Below are positions 28,624 to 38,452 of a DNA stretch of 64,000 bases, piece after piece. The translations under genes were made by a program, and so were the position numbers. Each line of letters opens with the position of its first letter. Position 1 is the stretch's first letter. The DNA lies in NCBI GenBank assembly GCA_963664115.2, contig CAXWPJ010000002.1:64001-128000 (forward strand), written 5' to 3'. Below the pieces are notes generated by a model. The model was not told where the DNA came from and searched no databases. It saw nothing but the letters and a program-made list of their open reading frames with translations. The DNA is from Terriglobia bacterium. Its GTDB lineage: Bacteria > Acidobacteriota > Terriglobia > 20CM-2-55-15.

Positions 28624-29472
28624 TTATGCTGCCGAGGTCAGTGGCCGTGTTCCCGCGTAGGCTTCGCTCGGCGTGAGATCGTCGAGTTTGGAATGCGGGC
28701 GGTCGTTATTGTAATAGTTCATCCAGACACCTATGTGGTGCCGGGCATCTTTGAAGTCACTGAAGGCGTTTAGATAAACGCATTCGTATTTGATCGAGCG
28801 CCATAGGCGTTCGATGAAAACGTTGTCGATCCATTGCCCCTTGCCGTCCATGGAGATCCGGATACCTCGTTCTTTAAGTCGGTCCGTCCAGGCCTTGCTG
28901 GTGAACTGGCTGCCCTGATCGGTGTTGAAGATTTCCGGACTGCCGTATTCCTCGATCGCCTCGTCGAGGGCTTCAAGGCAAAACGTCGTGTCCTGGGTGT
29001 TGGACAGCCGCCAGGACAACACCTTCCGCGTATGCCAGTCCATGATCGCGACCAGATATAAGAATCCGTGCGCCATCGGGATATACGTCACGTCGGTAGA
29101 CCACGCTTGATTCGCCCGCTCCACGGCAATGTCGTTGAGTAGATATGGGTACACCGGATGAGCCGGGTTTCTCCGGGACGTCTGCGGTGCCACCGAGCGC
29201 AGCCCCATCAACCGCATTAGTCGGCGTACCCGCTTCCGGCCCACATCGTAGCCGAGACGTTTCAGATGACGCGTCATCTGCCTGGACCCATACCAGGGCA
29301 TCTTCAGATACGCCTCGTCGATCACGCGCATCAGGTCCAGATTGCGATCACTCTCACCCCGTGGCCGATAGTACCAACTCGAACGGCTCAACCCGATCAA
29401 GTCGCATTGCCGGACCACACTGAGCTGCTCATGGCCCGGTTCGACCACCTCGCGCCTTCGACCCAAGCTCAT
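28624..29472 (-). CDS. IS3 transposase OrfB (DDE)
   Basis: WSTDVTYI, FNTDQGSQF, DNVFIERLWRSIKYE. Confidence 0.93.
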   Translation of the reverse strand: MSLGRRREVVEPGHEQLSVVRQCDLIGLSRSSWYYRPRGESDRNLDLMRVIDEAYLKMPWYGSRQMTRHLKRLGYDVGRKRVRRLMRLMGLRSVAPQTSRRNPAHPVYPYLLNDIAVERANQAWSTDVTYIPMAHGFLYLVAIMDWHTRKVLSWRLSNTQDTTFCLEALDEAIEEYGSPEIFNTDQGSQFTSKAWTDRLKERGIRISMDGKGQWIDNVFIERLWRSIKYECVYLNAFSDFKDARHHIGVWMNYYNNDRPHSKLDDLTPSEAYAGTRPLTSAA

Positions 29473-29750
29473 CGATTGAAGGCTCGTGCTAAAAAATCCC
29501 GTTCCACGACCAGTTCACCGATCTTGGCCTGCAGGTCTTTGATCTCGTCCTCGTGGTTCCGGGCCGATGGATCCCGGCCTCGCTGGAATCCTTCTTTAAC
29601 GCTATCAAGCGCATCACGCTTCCACTTCGTGATCATGTTCGGATGGATCTTGTACCGCGCCGCCAATTCGGCCATCGTGCCGTCGCCACGCATCGCGGCC
29701 AGCGCTACCTTCGCTTTGAAATCTGCTGAAAAATTCCGTCGTTTCGCCAT
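29469..29750 (-). CDS. IS3 transposase OrfA (HTH)
   Basis: RRNFSADFKAKVAL...KIGELVVERDFL; ATGA overlap and a T6 slippery run. Confidence 0.92.
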   Translation of the reverse strand: MAKRRNFSADFKAKVALAAMRGDGTMAELAARYKIHPNMITKWKRDALDSVKEGFQRGRDPSARNHEDEIKDLQAKIGELVVERDFLARAFNR

Positions 29751-30049
29751 CGTCGTTAGGTCCTCTCATCTATGCAGAGTCCACCTTATAACGCTGTCCT
29801 AATTTTGGGGGCCACTTCTAACTTCCCCTAAGCCGACTTCTGGGTCGTTAATTCTGCCCATTCCTAAACGCTAGGCCACAAGGGAGGATCTATCTCACGA
29901 ATCTCACTCAGCTCCCTCTATCGGAGATGGCGAAGCCGGCGACCCGAATTGAGGAGGACCTGACTCCAGGACTCTTTGACAGACGGAATAAACGACGGCG
30001 TCGGAGAATGGCCGTTCTGGCAATGCCAGCAGAGGGCTGACATCAGGTG

Positions 30050-30110
30050 GCGGATAAGCGGTATAAGCAGGGTCTGACTACGATGTCAGCACTGGCAATG
30101 TCGTCGTATG
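30050..30110 (+). repeat. 61-bp direct repeat, copy 1
   Basis: GCGGATAAGCGGTATAAGCAGGGTCTGACTAC...GTCGTATG; one mismatch to 31592-31652. Confidence 0.9.
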
Positions 30111-30257
30111 CGTGTTTTGTCAATCCGTGCGCGGCCACAGGCCGTCGCGCGGTCTGCTAGCGTTCGCGAAATCATACGGAACCGGGAACCCCAAAAACCA
30201 CCAAACGGGCTGGACACGCACCAGCGGTTCGTCGACAATGCCTAGCGCGGAGGAATA

Positions 30258-30809
30258 ATGAAACCTGAGGAATGCATACTGTTCAGCGGCGCGGCCAAGG
30301 GAGCCGAAGCCGCATTTGGAGCGGCAGCCGAAAGATACGGACTCGAGGAAGTCAATTTCACCTTCGAGGGTCACAACGACGAGAGAACCCGCGGCATCCG
30401 TGTTCTGACCCAGGCCGAGATGAGGCTGGGCGATGTCAGTCTTAAGTACGTCGGCCGCCTGATGAACCGTTCATTCCCGGACACCCCCGGCTTCAGACGC
30501 ATCCTTCAATGCATCTGGCATCAGATCAACAACGGTCAGGAAGTCTTCATCGTGGGCCATATCCTGGACGACAATACGGTCAAGGGCGGCACTGGCTGGG
30601 GCGCCGAATTCGCAAAACTGTGCAACAAGCAGCCGAGGGTGTTCGACCAGAAGGTGAACGGCTGGTTCCGATGGGCAGGCGAATCCTGGGAAGCCGAAGC
30701 AGAGCCCGTCATCCATCACACGGCAATCGCCGGAGGCGGCACACGCGTCCTACAGGACAACGGACTGGCTGCCATTAACGAGCTCTTTGACCGCAGTTTC
30801 GGTAGCTGA
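30258..30809 (+). CDS. Conserved hypothetical protein, SLOG/MoCo-carrier-like Rossmannoid
   Basis: LFSGAAKGAE and VKGGTGWGAEFAK glycine motifs; GGAGG RBS. Confidence 0.7.
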   Translation: MKPEECILFSGAAKGAEAAFGAAAERYGLEEVNFTFEGHNDERTRGIRVLTQAEMRLGDVSLKYVGRLMNRSFPDTPGFRRILQCIWHQINNGQEVFIVGHILDDNTVKGGTGWGAEFAKLCNKQPRVFDQKVNGWFRWAGESWEAEAEPVIHHTAIAGGGTRVLQDNGLAAINELFDRSFGS

Positions 30810-30917
30810 TTCGAGGGTCCCGGGAAAGCACTCCGGGGCCTCACGCCCCCGCATCATTACGCGGCTCCAATCCTGACGGACTCCTATCGTCGCGACGATG
30901 TTAAGTTGATAGTGTCC

Positions 30918-31580
30918 ATGCTCTTCAAAACTGGCATCGCATCGTCGACCTGCCCCCTCTGTCGATCGCATGCTATTCACACGTTCGAATGCGTCCAGGA
31001 CCGTCAGTATATGAAATGTGAAGCTTGTGAACTGATTCACATGACCCCACGGGACCTGCCCAACGCCACGACTGAGTTCGCGCGATACCAAAGTCACGAG
31101 AACGATCCGAAAGACGAAGCTTATCGCCGGTTCCTGGATCGGCTTGCCGTGCCATTGGTTGGCCGGCTGCCTCCCGGTGCGGAGGGCTTGGACTATGGCT
31201 CCGGTCCCGGACCCACGCTCTCGATAATGCTCGAGCAGCAGGGATTTGCGATGTCGATCTACGACCCATTCTTCAGTCCGGATTCGCAGGTCTTGGACCG
31301 ATCCTACGACTTCGTCACATGCACGGAGACGGCCGAACATTTCTTCGAGCCCGAAAAGGAGTTTGAGAAATTAAACGGCCTTGTCCAACCGGGAGGGTGG
31401 TTGGCGGTCATGACGGAGTTGTTCCGCGATCAGGTCTTCGTGGACTGGCGGTATGTCCGAGACGAAACACACGTGGCGTTCTACCGCCAGAGGACGATGC
31501 AGTGGATCGCGGAGTGGTTGGACTGGTCCGTTTCTTTTCCTGGAAAAGATGTCGTGATATTTCGGAAGCCTATTCAGTAA
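30918..31580 (+). CDS. Class I SAM-dependent methyltransferase with an N-terminal Zn ribbon
   Basis: CPLC...CEAC; GLDYGSGPGP; YDFVTCTETAEHF. Confidence 0.88.
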   Translation: MLFKTGIASSTCPLCRSHAIHTFECVQDRQYMKCEACELIHMTPRDLPNATTEFARYQSHENDPKDEAYRRFLDRLAVPLVGRLPPGAEGLDYGSGPGPTLSIMLEQQGFAMSIYDPFFSPDSQVLDRSYDFVTCTETAEHFFEPEKEFEKLNGLVQPGGWLAVMTELFRDQVFVDWRYVRDETHVAFYRQRTMQWIAEWLDWSVSFPGKDVVIFRKPIQ

Positions 31581-31591
31581 GATCTGCGAAA

Positions 31592-31652
31592 GCGGATAAG
31601 CGGTATAAGCAGGGTCTGACTACTATGTCAGCACTGGCAATGTCGTCGTATG
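31592..31652 (+). repeat. 61-bp direct repeat, copy 2 (a diverged inverted copy lies at ~32054-32110)
   Basis: Matches 30050-30110 with one mismatch. Confidence 0.9.
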
Positions 31653-31654
31653 AG

Positions 31655-31914
31655 TGTTATTTCAACCCGCGCCTTCAGTTCTTCAAACCAGTTTAGGACG
31701 ATGTTGATCTGGAGCTGTCGTCACTCACTCGAATCCGGTTCTTCTGCCGGTAGAACAACTAAAAACTGCTGTCCATCGGGTGTGATGTCAAAGCTTCTGT
31801 AGTAGGAAAACGACAGGAAATTACGGATAGAAACACGTTGCTCGAAGCCGAATGTAAAGGTGGATTCCGTCGAGAAACCAATACCGTTCAAGGTCTGTCC
31901 ATCCGTCTCCCCAT
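31655..31914 (-). pseudogene. 3' remnant of a Ser/Thr kinase-beta-propeller gene
   Basis: ...RSFDITPDGQQFLVVLP...*RQLQINIVLNWFEELKARV, with an internal stop. Confidence 0.8.
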
Positions 31915-32115
31915 ATTTCTGGGAAATTCGACGCTTTTCCCCTGTTCCCGGGAACGGCTCGACGTAGACGAAGTCTAAACCTCCCCTGTCGGAAGCCTAT
32001 GCCAGCCGCGCCGCGGCCTACGGCCGCGCGCGAGCTTTACATAACGCCCCTGCTATGACATTCTCACGCCTGACATAGTCGCCGGCCCCCGCTTAAAACG
32101 CTTATTCGCCAAGAC

Positions 32116-32229
32116 ATGTCGCAGAACCCTGGTACCCTCCTCGGCCCGTATACAGTCACCGACAAGATCGGCGAAGGCGGTACGGACGAACCCTATCGCG
32201 CCGGCGACGAGAAGCTCGATCGAGAGGTC
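32116..32229 (+). pseudogene. 5' stub of a Ser/Thr kinase
   Basis: PGTLLGPYTVTDKIGEGGTDEPYRAGDEKLDREV covers kinase subdomain I only. Confidence 0.75.
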
Positions 32230-32353
32230 AACGGGCGTGTTCTGAGCGGAGCCTGGATGAGCGGGGTCGAGGGTCTCACGACGAGCCGAGAATACGTCAG
32301 CACAATTGCGCCATGGCGTACTTGGGCTAAGCGAAGAGGGTGGAGGTAAGACG

Positions 32354-33463
32354 ATGCGCATATCAAGGGTTCTTCTGCCGGTTCTCGCCATCACGGTGCT
32401 CGCAGTGCCGCTTCTGACAGCACAGAACCGGACGTCGAACACGTTCGACATCTACCTGATCGACGTCGAGGGTGGGAATGCGACGCTGTTCGTCTCGCCT
32501 TCCGGTGCTTCGCTGCTCAGCGACACCGGCTACCCGAGCGATGGCCGTGACGCTGGTCGCATCATCGCGGCAGCCAGGGATGCGGGCCTTACGCAGATAG
32601 ATCACCTGGTCACCACGCACTACCATCGCGATCACATCGGTGGCCTCTCCGAGCTGACGGAGCGCTTTCCCGTCAGGCACTTCATCGATCATGGACCTAA
32701 CCAGCAGTCCGGTGGCTCTGGTGCAAGCTTCGAGGAGGGCTACAAAGCGATCTACGCGAAGGCGACCCACACGGCTGTCAAGGCCGGCGACACGATTCCC
32801 ATGGCCGGTCTCGATGTGCGCGTGGTGACCTCCGCTGGTGAGACGATCACGACGCCACTCCGTGGCGGGGGCGGCGCGAATCCCTATTGCGCCAGCTTCA
32901 AGCCAGGAGAGAACAACATCGAAGATCCGCTATCGGTCGGGATCCACATCACGTTCGGGAACTTTCGGACGATTCATCTGGGCGACTTGACCAGAAACAA
33001 GGAATTCGAGCTGATGTGCCCGAATAACCGCCTTGGCACCGTCGATGTTCTGATGGGTTTGCACCACGGACAGGTCACCTCGAATTCGGAAGTGCTCGTT
33101 CATGCGCTGCGTCCGCGCGTGGGGATCATGAACAACGGGACTCGCAAAGGGGGCGACCCTGAAGTGATGAGAACCATCTTTTCATCTCCGGGCTTTGAGG
33201 ATCTCTGGCAGGCTCACTTCTCACTCTGGAGCGGCCAGGAGTACACGGTGCCTGGACTCTTCATCGCCAACATGGTCGACGAGCAAGGGCCGACCATGCC
33301 CATCGCTCCGGCGCCGCCGGCGCAACCCGGATCCAGCGCGGCCCCACCGCCAGCGCACGACGGAGTGGCCTACTGGGTCAAGGTATCTGCGCAGCAGGAC
33401 GGGACGTATACGGTCACCAACGCGCGGAACGGCTTCAGCAAGACTTACACGCCAAGGAGGTGA
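32354..33463 (+). CDS. Secreted MBL-fold hydrolase (ComEC/Rec2-like)
   Basis: IDVEGGNATL; THYHRDHIGG; HHG; GGAGG RBS. Confidence 0.9.
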   Translation: MRISRVLLPVLAITVLAVPLLTAQNRTSNTFDIYLIDVEGGNATLFVSPSGASLLSDTGYPSDGRDAGRIIAAARDAGLTQIDHLVTTHYHRDHIGGLSELTERFPVRHFIDHGPNQQSGGSGASFEEGYKAIYAKATHTAVKAGDTIPMAGLDVRVVTSAGETITTPLRGGGGANPYCASFKPGENNIEDPLSVGIHITFGNFRTIHLGDLTRNKEFELMCPNNRLGTVDVLMGLHHGQVTSNSEVLVHALRPRVGIMNNGTRKGGDPEVMRTIFSSPGFEDLWQAHFSLWSGQEYTVPGLFIANMVDEQGPTMPIAPAPPAQPGSSAAPPPAHDGVAYWVKVSAQQDGTYTVTNARNGFSKTYTPRR

Positions 33464-33465
33464 TC

Positions 33466-33516
33466 GCGGGGCCCGGACGAGATGGTGTAGTGGCCTAGCG
33501 TCGTGCCGGATTCCAT
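33466..33516 (-). pseudogene. 5' stub of a Ser/Thr kinase
   Basis: MESGTTLGHYTISS. Confidence 0.6.
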
Positions 33517-33637
33517 AGTCAGTGGCTTGTTAGGTCAGGACTGAGATCGTTGGGGGCAGTCTACAAGTCGGATGGGCTGGATGTATACGAAATCTCACTG
33601 GGCGGTAACGGGATATAACAGGACTTGACCCTGCCAA

Positions 33638-33692
33638 TCAAGACACCGGCACCCGTTCCTTCAGTTCTTCAAACCAGTTCAGGACAACCTGG
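33638..33692 (-). pseudogene. 3' stub of a Ser/Thr kinase-beta-propeller gene
   Basis: QVVLNWFEELKERVPVS*. Confidence 0.75.
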
Positions 33693-34244
33693 ACCGGTGC
33701 CGGAACAGAAGCGGTTTCATCTCCATTTAGCACTGATCAGCTCGCGTGATAAGGAATAAGTGTCCACAAGCGCCTCGTTACTGGCCGAGTATGTGCTGGG
33801 CGTCCTTCTCGTTTTCATTACAAACGTATTCCAGCAGATCAGTGTCCGGCAGCAGATTCAATTCATGGACAATCGTCCAAGGCTCTGTATATGCTTCCGG
33901 GTCATCGATCGTGATTTCCATCTCCAGGTGTCCGAAGTCTCTACGGTAAAAGCGTTCGGTCAGATGCAGAGCTTCGGTAGCCGGGTGACCTGCCTGGTCG
34001 TGCCAAGCCCAGCCGTTGAAACCGGTGCTCTCTACGACGAAGGTGTCTTCTTCCCACCTGCCGATGGAATATCCGTACCAGGTAGGCAAGCCTACAACCG
34101 CAGGAAGGGGACGGCCATCCACAAAAATCTGCCGATACATCGTTCTAGATTCGTAAAGGATTAATGTTAATCCAGGGGTTTGAACAAACTTCCAGGGAGT
34201 CGAAAGCACATTTTTCATTGTTATGCCGCTCGGCAAACAATGAA

Positions 34245-35630
34245 GAGTTATAACCGAATCTGGTGTTTGAGGGATTGAATAAGAGCGGCGTATCTGGTTG
34301 ATTTGTTGTGACAAAACTTCAAAGCAACCATAGGAGATACGCCACTGTGAGCAAGAGTAACGTGAATGGACCGGAAGGTCGAGAAACGATTGAGGATCCA
34401 GTAACAGAACTACTACGAGTTGGGGCACAGCAACTGATCCAACGCGCAGTGGAAGCCGAATTGGCAGAGCTGCTATCCCAGCACGGTGGCCGGCGAACTG
34501 AGACAGGAAACGCCGGGGTGGTACGCAACGGTTATCTGCCGGAACGCGAACTGCAGACGGGATTGGGTCCGGTAACAGTCCAAATCCCGAAGGTCCGTGC
34601 CAAGACGGGCGAAGCTGTGACGTTCCGATCGGCCCTGGTACCACCGTACATTCGGAAGACGAAGTCGCTGGAAGCAGCGGTGCCGTGGTTGTATTTGAAA
34701 GGCGTTTCCAGCGGCGAGATGGGTGAGGCCCTAAAAGTTCTTGTCGGTCCCCAGGCGCAGGGTCTGTCGGCGAGCACGGTATCGCGGTTGAAACAGGTTT
34801 GGGGCGAACAGTACCGCCTCGGATGCGAGGAGCGTTTGGATGCAGATCGCTGGGTCTATGTCTGGGCCGACGGCATCTACAGCGGACTTCGGGCGGAACA
34901 AACCAAGTTGTGTGCATTGGTCGTGATCGGCGTGAATGAACGCGGAGAGAAGCGTTTCCTGGCGATCGAAGACGGTGTACGGGAATCGACACAGAGTTGG
35001 CGCGAGGTCTTGTTGAAGCTGAAGTCCCGTGGGATGAATGTTCCGAAGTTGGCCATCGGTGACGGTGCGATGGGGTTCTGGGCCGCACTGGAGGAAATCT
35101 ATCCCGAGACACGTCAACAACGTTGCTGGATGCACAAAGTCATGAACGTCCTCAACTGCCTGCCCAAGTCGGTCCAGGCGAAGGCGAAACAGGCCCTGCA
35201 CTCGATCTGGCAGGCCGAGACGAAGGCAGACGCCGAGAAGGCATTCGACTTGTTCATTGAAACCTATGAACCGAAGTATCCGAAAGCCACACTCTGCCTG
35301 CAGAAAGACAGAGAGGAACTGCTGGCCTTTTACGACTTTCCGGCCAAGCACTGGCAGAGCATCAGAACGACGAATCCCATTGAGTCGACCTTTGCCACCA
35401 TTCGACACCGAACGAAGCGATCCAGAGGTTGCCTGACACGGGATGGCATGCTGCACATGATGTTCAAACTGGGCCAGTGCGCTGAGAACAATTGGCGACG
35501 ATTACGAGGATTCGATGATCTGAGCAAGGTAATCATCGGAGTGAAATTCAACGATGGTGTCGAAGCGACACAAGTCGATCAGGCCGCCGCTTGAATCAAT
35601 CTCCTAAACACCACTTTTGACAATAACTCA
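34245..35630 (+). mobile_element. IS256-family element, copy 1 (1386 bp, 8-bp TSD ACAATGAA)
   Basis: IRs GAGTTATAACCGAATCTGGTGTTT / AAACACCACTTTTGACAATAACTCA. Confidence 0.97.
34347..35594 (+). CDS. IS256 transposase
   Basis: RNGY, VWADG, IGDGA, QRCWMH, RTTNPIES motifs; GTG start after GGAG. Confidence 0.95.
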   Translation: MSKSNVNGPEGRETIEDPVTELLRVGAQQLIQRAVEAELAELLSQHGGRRTETGNAGVVRNGYLPERELQTGLGPVTVQIPKVRAKTGEAVTFRSALVPPYIRKTKSLEAAVPWLYLKGVSSGEMGEALKVLVGPQAQGLSASTVSRLKQVWGEQYRLGCEERLDADRWVYVWADGIYSGLRAEQTKLCALVVIGVNERGEKRFLAIEDGVRESTQSWREVLLKLKSRGMNVPKLAIGDGAMGFWAALEEIYPETRQQRCWMHKVMNVLNCLPKSVQAKAKQALHSIWQAETKADAEKAFDLFIETYEPKYPKATLCLQKDREELLAFYDFPAKHWQSIRTTNPIESTFATIRHRTKRSRGCLTRDGMLHMMFKLGQCAENNWRRLRGFDDLSKVIIGVKFNDGVEATQVDQAAA

Positions 35631-36079
35631 ACAATGAATGTTCGGGTCATTTCTCGAATTGTTCGCCCGGCGCTCATTGAATATGTCTTCTGCCCACGGC
35701 TGGAAGGGCACTTCTTTTCCATCTTTGACGAGGTCGGCAATGTCCTGAGTTATGCCGGAAGGCACCATCCACACTCCAGACATGTCCGGCTGGCCATCCG
35801 GCGTCCGTGGCGTCGGCGCAAAAAGATCCGGCTCGCCGTCCGGCGTTCGGGGGATACCGGGGGTTGGAAAATTGAGCCACTGCGCCGGGGCGGACAGGGC
35901 GGTCACAAACAGCAGAACCACTAGGGCGATAGTGACGGCAGAGATCCTGTTGGCTGAAATTTGCATATTCACCTCCGGTTAACCCCGGGCTAGCCTTCAC
36001 GGCAATCGGTCGTAACGAAACTCATCCTGAGGAAGTTTCTCATCGCAATACTCAGTAAGTCACCTGAAATTGGTTCTGC

Positions 36080-36186
36080 GGGTAGCGTCTTAATCGCGAT
36101 CTCACGCCCGAGTTTCGTGTCCCGCGCACGCCACACCTCTCCCATTCCACCCTTGCCGAGGAGTGTGCTGATCTCGTAGTGGCCTA
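36080..36186 (-). pseudogene. 5' stub of a Ser/Thr kinase
   Basis: [36 protein letters not shown]. Confidence 0.8.
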
Positions 36187-36187
36187 G

Positions 36188-38036
36188 TCCCAAAACAAGC
36201 GCATAACCAGTCCGCCGAGGCCCAGTTCGCGCCGATAGAATTCGAGGCATAGAATCCCGTTCCCGGATGGCCTGTTCCAGGTATCGAGTTTCTGTTGAAT
36301 CTGTTTCAGTTCAGCCTCGCTGGTGTTGGACGGTTGACAGAAACCGGGACCTCGATCGCCCGGGCTCAGAGTCATGATCGGGTCAACATCGCAGAGGCTG
36401 ACGCAACACATCCACCCCGCGGAACAAGACCGGCAACCACCGGTTCCAGGCCAGGATCCGGAACAGAATGCGCCGCCCGGTGCGCACGAGTTGGCACGGC
36501 ACAAGCATGAAAGCGTTCAAGAAGGTTTTGAACTCCATGCGCAGCACGGTTTGCTTCTCAGCCTGATATTTTTGGCCCCAACGTCCGGTTTCGGGAAGCA
36601 GCAATGCAAACCACGCTTTCAGTGTCCAGGCCAGTGACGCGATCACCATGTAGGCCCAGTTGCTGGTCTGATCTCCGACCGGCATCCGCAACGCCTGAAC
36701 GCCGTTCTTCAACTGCTCAATGAGATTCTCCTGATTGCACCGTTGATTGGCACGCATCACAATCTGGTCGGCCGGATCCGAACGGTTGGTAATGTAGAAG
36801 AAGTACCGGATGTCGTCAAACAACACCTGCTCTCCTTTGGCCACCGACAGATTCTTCCGCACCACGACGACACGGTAGTCCCGATCGCAGGCTCCGGGTC
36901 GATACCGAAACTCGGCCACATCCTCACCCTGCAAGCGGATATTGTCGAAACCGCGCTGCCGAACGATCTCTTCCTTCACGTTGTCGGGACGTTGGCGCGG
37001 TTCGGTCGCCACGTCGTATTTCGCGGGCCGTTCCAGGCGCTTCCACTGGCGCGGCTCCAGTTCATCGGCCCGGGCCTTCAGGTTCGCCATCGCGTCAATC
37101 CCGAATATGAAACCCACCTGCTGGTCGTCCCATCCGTCCAGATGCCGGGTCTGGCTGAAGTCCGTGTCCCCGCGCAGCAGGATCTGGCGAAACCCCGCAT
37201 GCCGGCACAATGCGATGGCTTGGTCGAACCGGACCGCGGCTCCTTCATGCGACGGCCGGTTGCCGCTACGATTGACCAGATACAGCGGTTCGGCGGTGTT
37301 GGCCAGCGAGATCATCAGCGGGTGATATCCCCACGTCCCGTCGTAGGCCACGTCCATCCCTTGCTTGCATTCCCCCGTGGTTTCGGCCAGTGTCCCGTCC
37401 GCGTCCAACACCGCTTCTTCGAAAAACGCCGCCGGTTGCTGTCGCCAGACTCCGAGCCGGACTTGATTGGTTGCCTCCATCAGACACTCCACGTCGTCGG
37501 CCTCGAATCTCCGGCAGAAGTCTCCCGCCGTCGTCGGATCCGGAATCCGTTGCGCTCCCAGCGCATCCAGATACACCGCATCGTTGCGCCGCAGTTCGAT
37601 GTCTTCCAGGCACGTTCCTCCGCTCAAGGCGTTGTAGGCGATGTTCAGCACGTGATCCGACTCGTGATACGGCAGGTGCCGCTTCAACACATGCACGCCC
37701 TTGTCGATGGCTTCGATCAGCCCGGTCCGCCGCGCCACCAGTTGCATCGTCCCGATACCACCAACCGATGTGCCCCGCGTCCGCTCTCCCATCTCGTACT
37801 GAATGTTGCTCGCCGAAAACATCGGCTCTACCTGATCCGTCCAATGCCGGTCCCCAAGCCGACGTTCGATTCGCCGCTTGCGGTTCCTCATGTTCTTGCG
37901 CGTATAATCGTTCATCTGAAATGCCTCCTTTTCCGAAGAATCTGTCCAAGGTTTTTTTCGCACGGAGAGGGGGCATTTCGGGTACTTCCGCTCTTATTGC
38001 ACTATCATTTCCTCGTCAATCACGCTTGTTCAGGGT
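36188..38036 (-). mobile_element. IS1380-family element
   Basis: IRs CCCAAAACAAGCG / CCCTGAACAAGCG, with CTAG on both flanks. Confidence 0.85.
36383..37915 (-). CDS. IS1380 transposase
   Basis: LDADGT, GYHPL, LRGDTDF, QENLIEQLKNG. Confidence 0.92.
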   Translation of the reverse strand: MNDYTRKNMRNRKRRIERRLGDRHWTDQVEPMFSASNIQYEMGERTRGTSVGGIGTMQLVARRTGLIEAIDKGVHVLKRHLPYHESDHVLNIAYNALSGGTCLEDIELRRNDAVYLDALGAQRIPDPTTAGDFCRRFEADDVECLMEATNQVRLGVWRQQPAAFFEEAVLDADGTLAETTGECKQGMDVAYDGTWGYHPLMISLANTAEPLYLVNRSGNRPSHEGAAVRFDQAIALCRHAGFRQILLRGDTDFSQTRHLDGWDDQQVGFIFGIDAMANLKARADELEPRQWKRLERPAKYDVATEPRQRPDNVKEEIVRQRGFDNIRLQGEDVAEFRYRPGACDRDYRVVVVRKNLSVAKGEQVLFDDIRYFFYITNRSDPADQIVMRANQRCNQENLIEQLKNGVQALRMPVGDQTSNWAYMVIASLAWTLKAWFALLLPETGRWGQKYQAEKQTVLRMEFKTFLNAFMLVPCQLVRTGRRILFRILAWNRWLPVLFRGVDVLRQPLRC

Positions 38037-38452
38037 CTAGTGCTGACGGGCTTGGCGAAGAGGGAAGCCCTCTAGTTTTGCAGTTGGTCTGTAGCGGAAC
38101 AATTGAACGCATGAAAGCGCTACGGGCAAGAGCGGACGCCTTCCACGGCATTGACCAGATCGAGGTATCCCGAACCGTCTACCCGGACCGCGACTTTGAA
38201 CTCGTGGATATCGTCTCCAGGGGCGCGGACAAGGGAAGTGGCCTGTCCGCCCTGGCACGGATACTGAACGTTGCCCCGGCACAGATCATGGCGATCGGGG
38301 ACAACTACGCAGATTCCAAGATGCTTGAAGTCGCCGGATATCCCGTCGTGATGGGGAATGCGCCCGAAGAAATGCGGCGTCGCTGGCCCGTAACGGGCAC
38401 AAACGATGAAAACGGCGTGGCTCAAGTCATCGAACGCTTCATCCTGTCCTGA
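38037..38452 (+). pseudogene. C-terminal half of a Cof-type HAD hydrolase, truncated at IS1380
   Basis: ADKGSGL, AIGDNYADSKML, VMGNA, NDENGVA; motif I is missing. Confidence 0.85.

Larger units (their letters stand above)
28559..29820 (-). mobile_element. IS3-family insertion sequence
   Basis: Imperfect IRs TAGAAGTGGCCCCCAAAATTAGGACAG / CAGAGGTGGACCCCATACGTTGGACAG enclosing orfA and orfB. Confidence 0.88.
33778..35972 (-). pseudogene. Secreted conserved protein (family of 25776-26555) interrupted by IS256
   Basis: Removing the IS and one TSD restores an 801-nt (266-aa) ORF: ...NDPNIHC|LPSG...YGYSIGRWEEDTFVV...YVCNENEKD. Confidence 0.9.

Noticed and set aside
23366-33692. CCTTCAGTTCTTCAAACCAGTT as a REP or ncRNA repeat family
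   Set aside because: The minus strand encodes VLNWFEELKERVP, so these are kinase-gene 3' ends.
36743-38452. 569-aa ORF as a real transposase-HAD fusion
   Set aside because: The first ~430 codons are the antisense of the IS1380 transposase; only the tail is a truncated Cof hydrolase.
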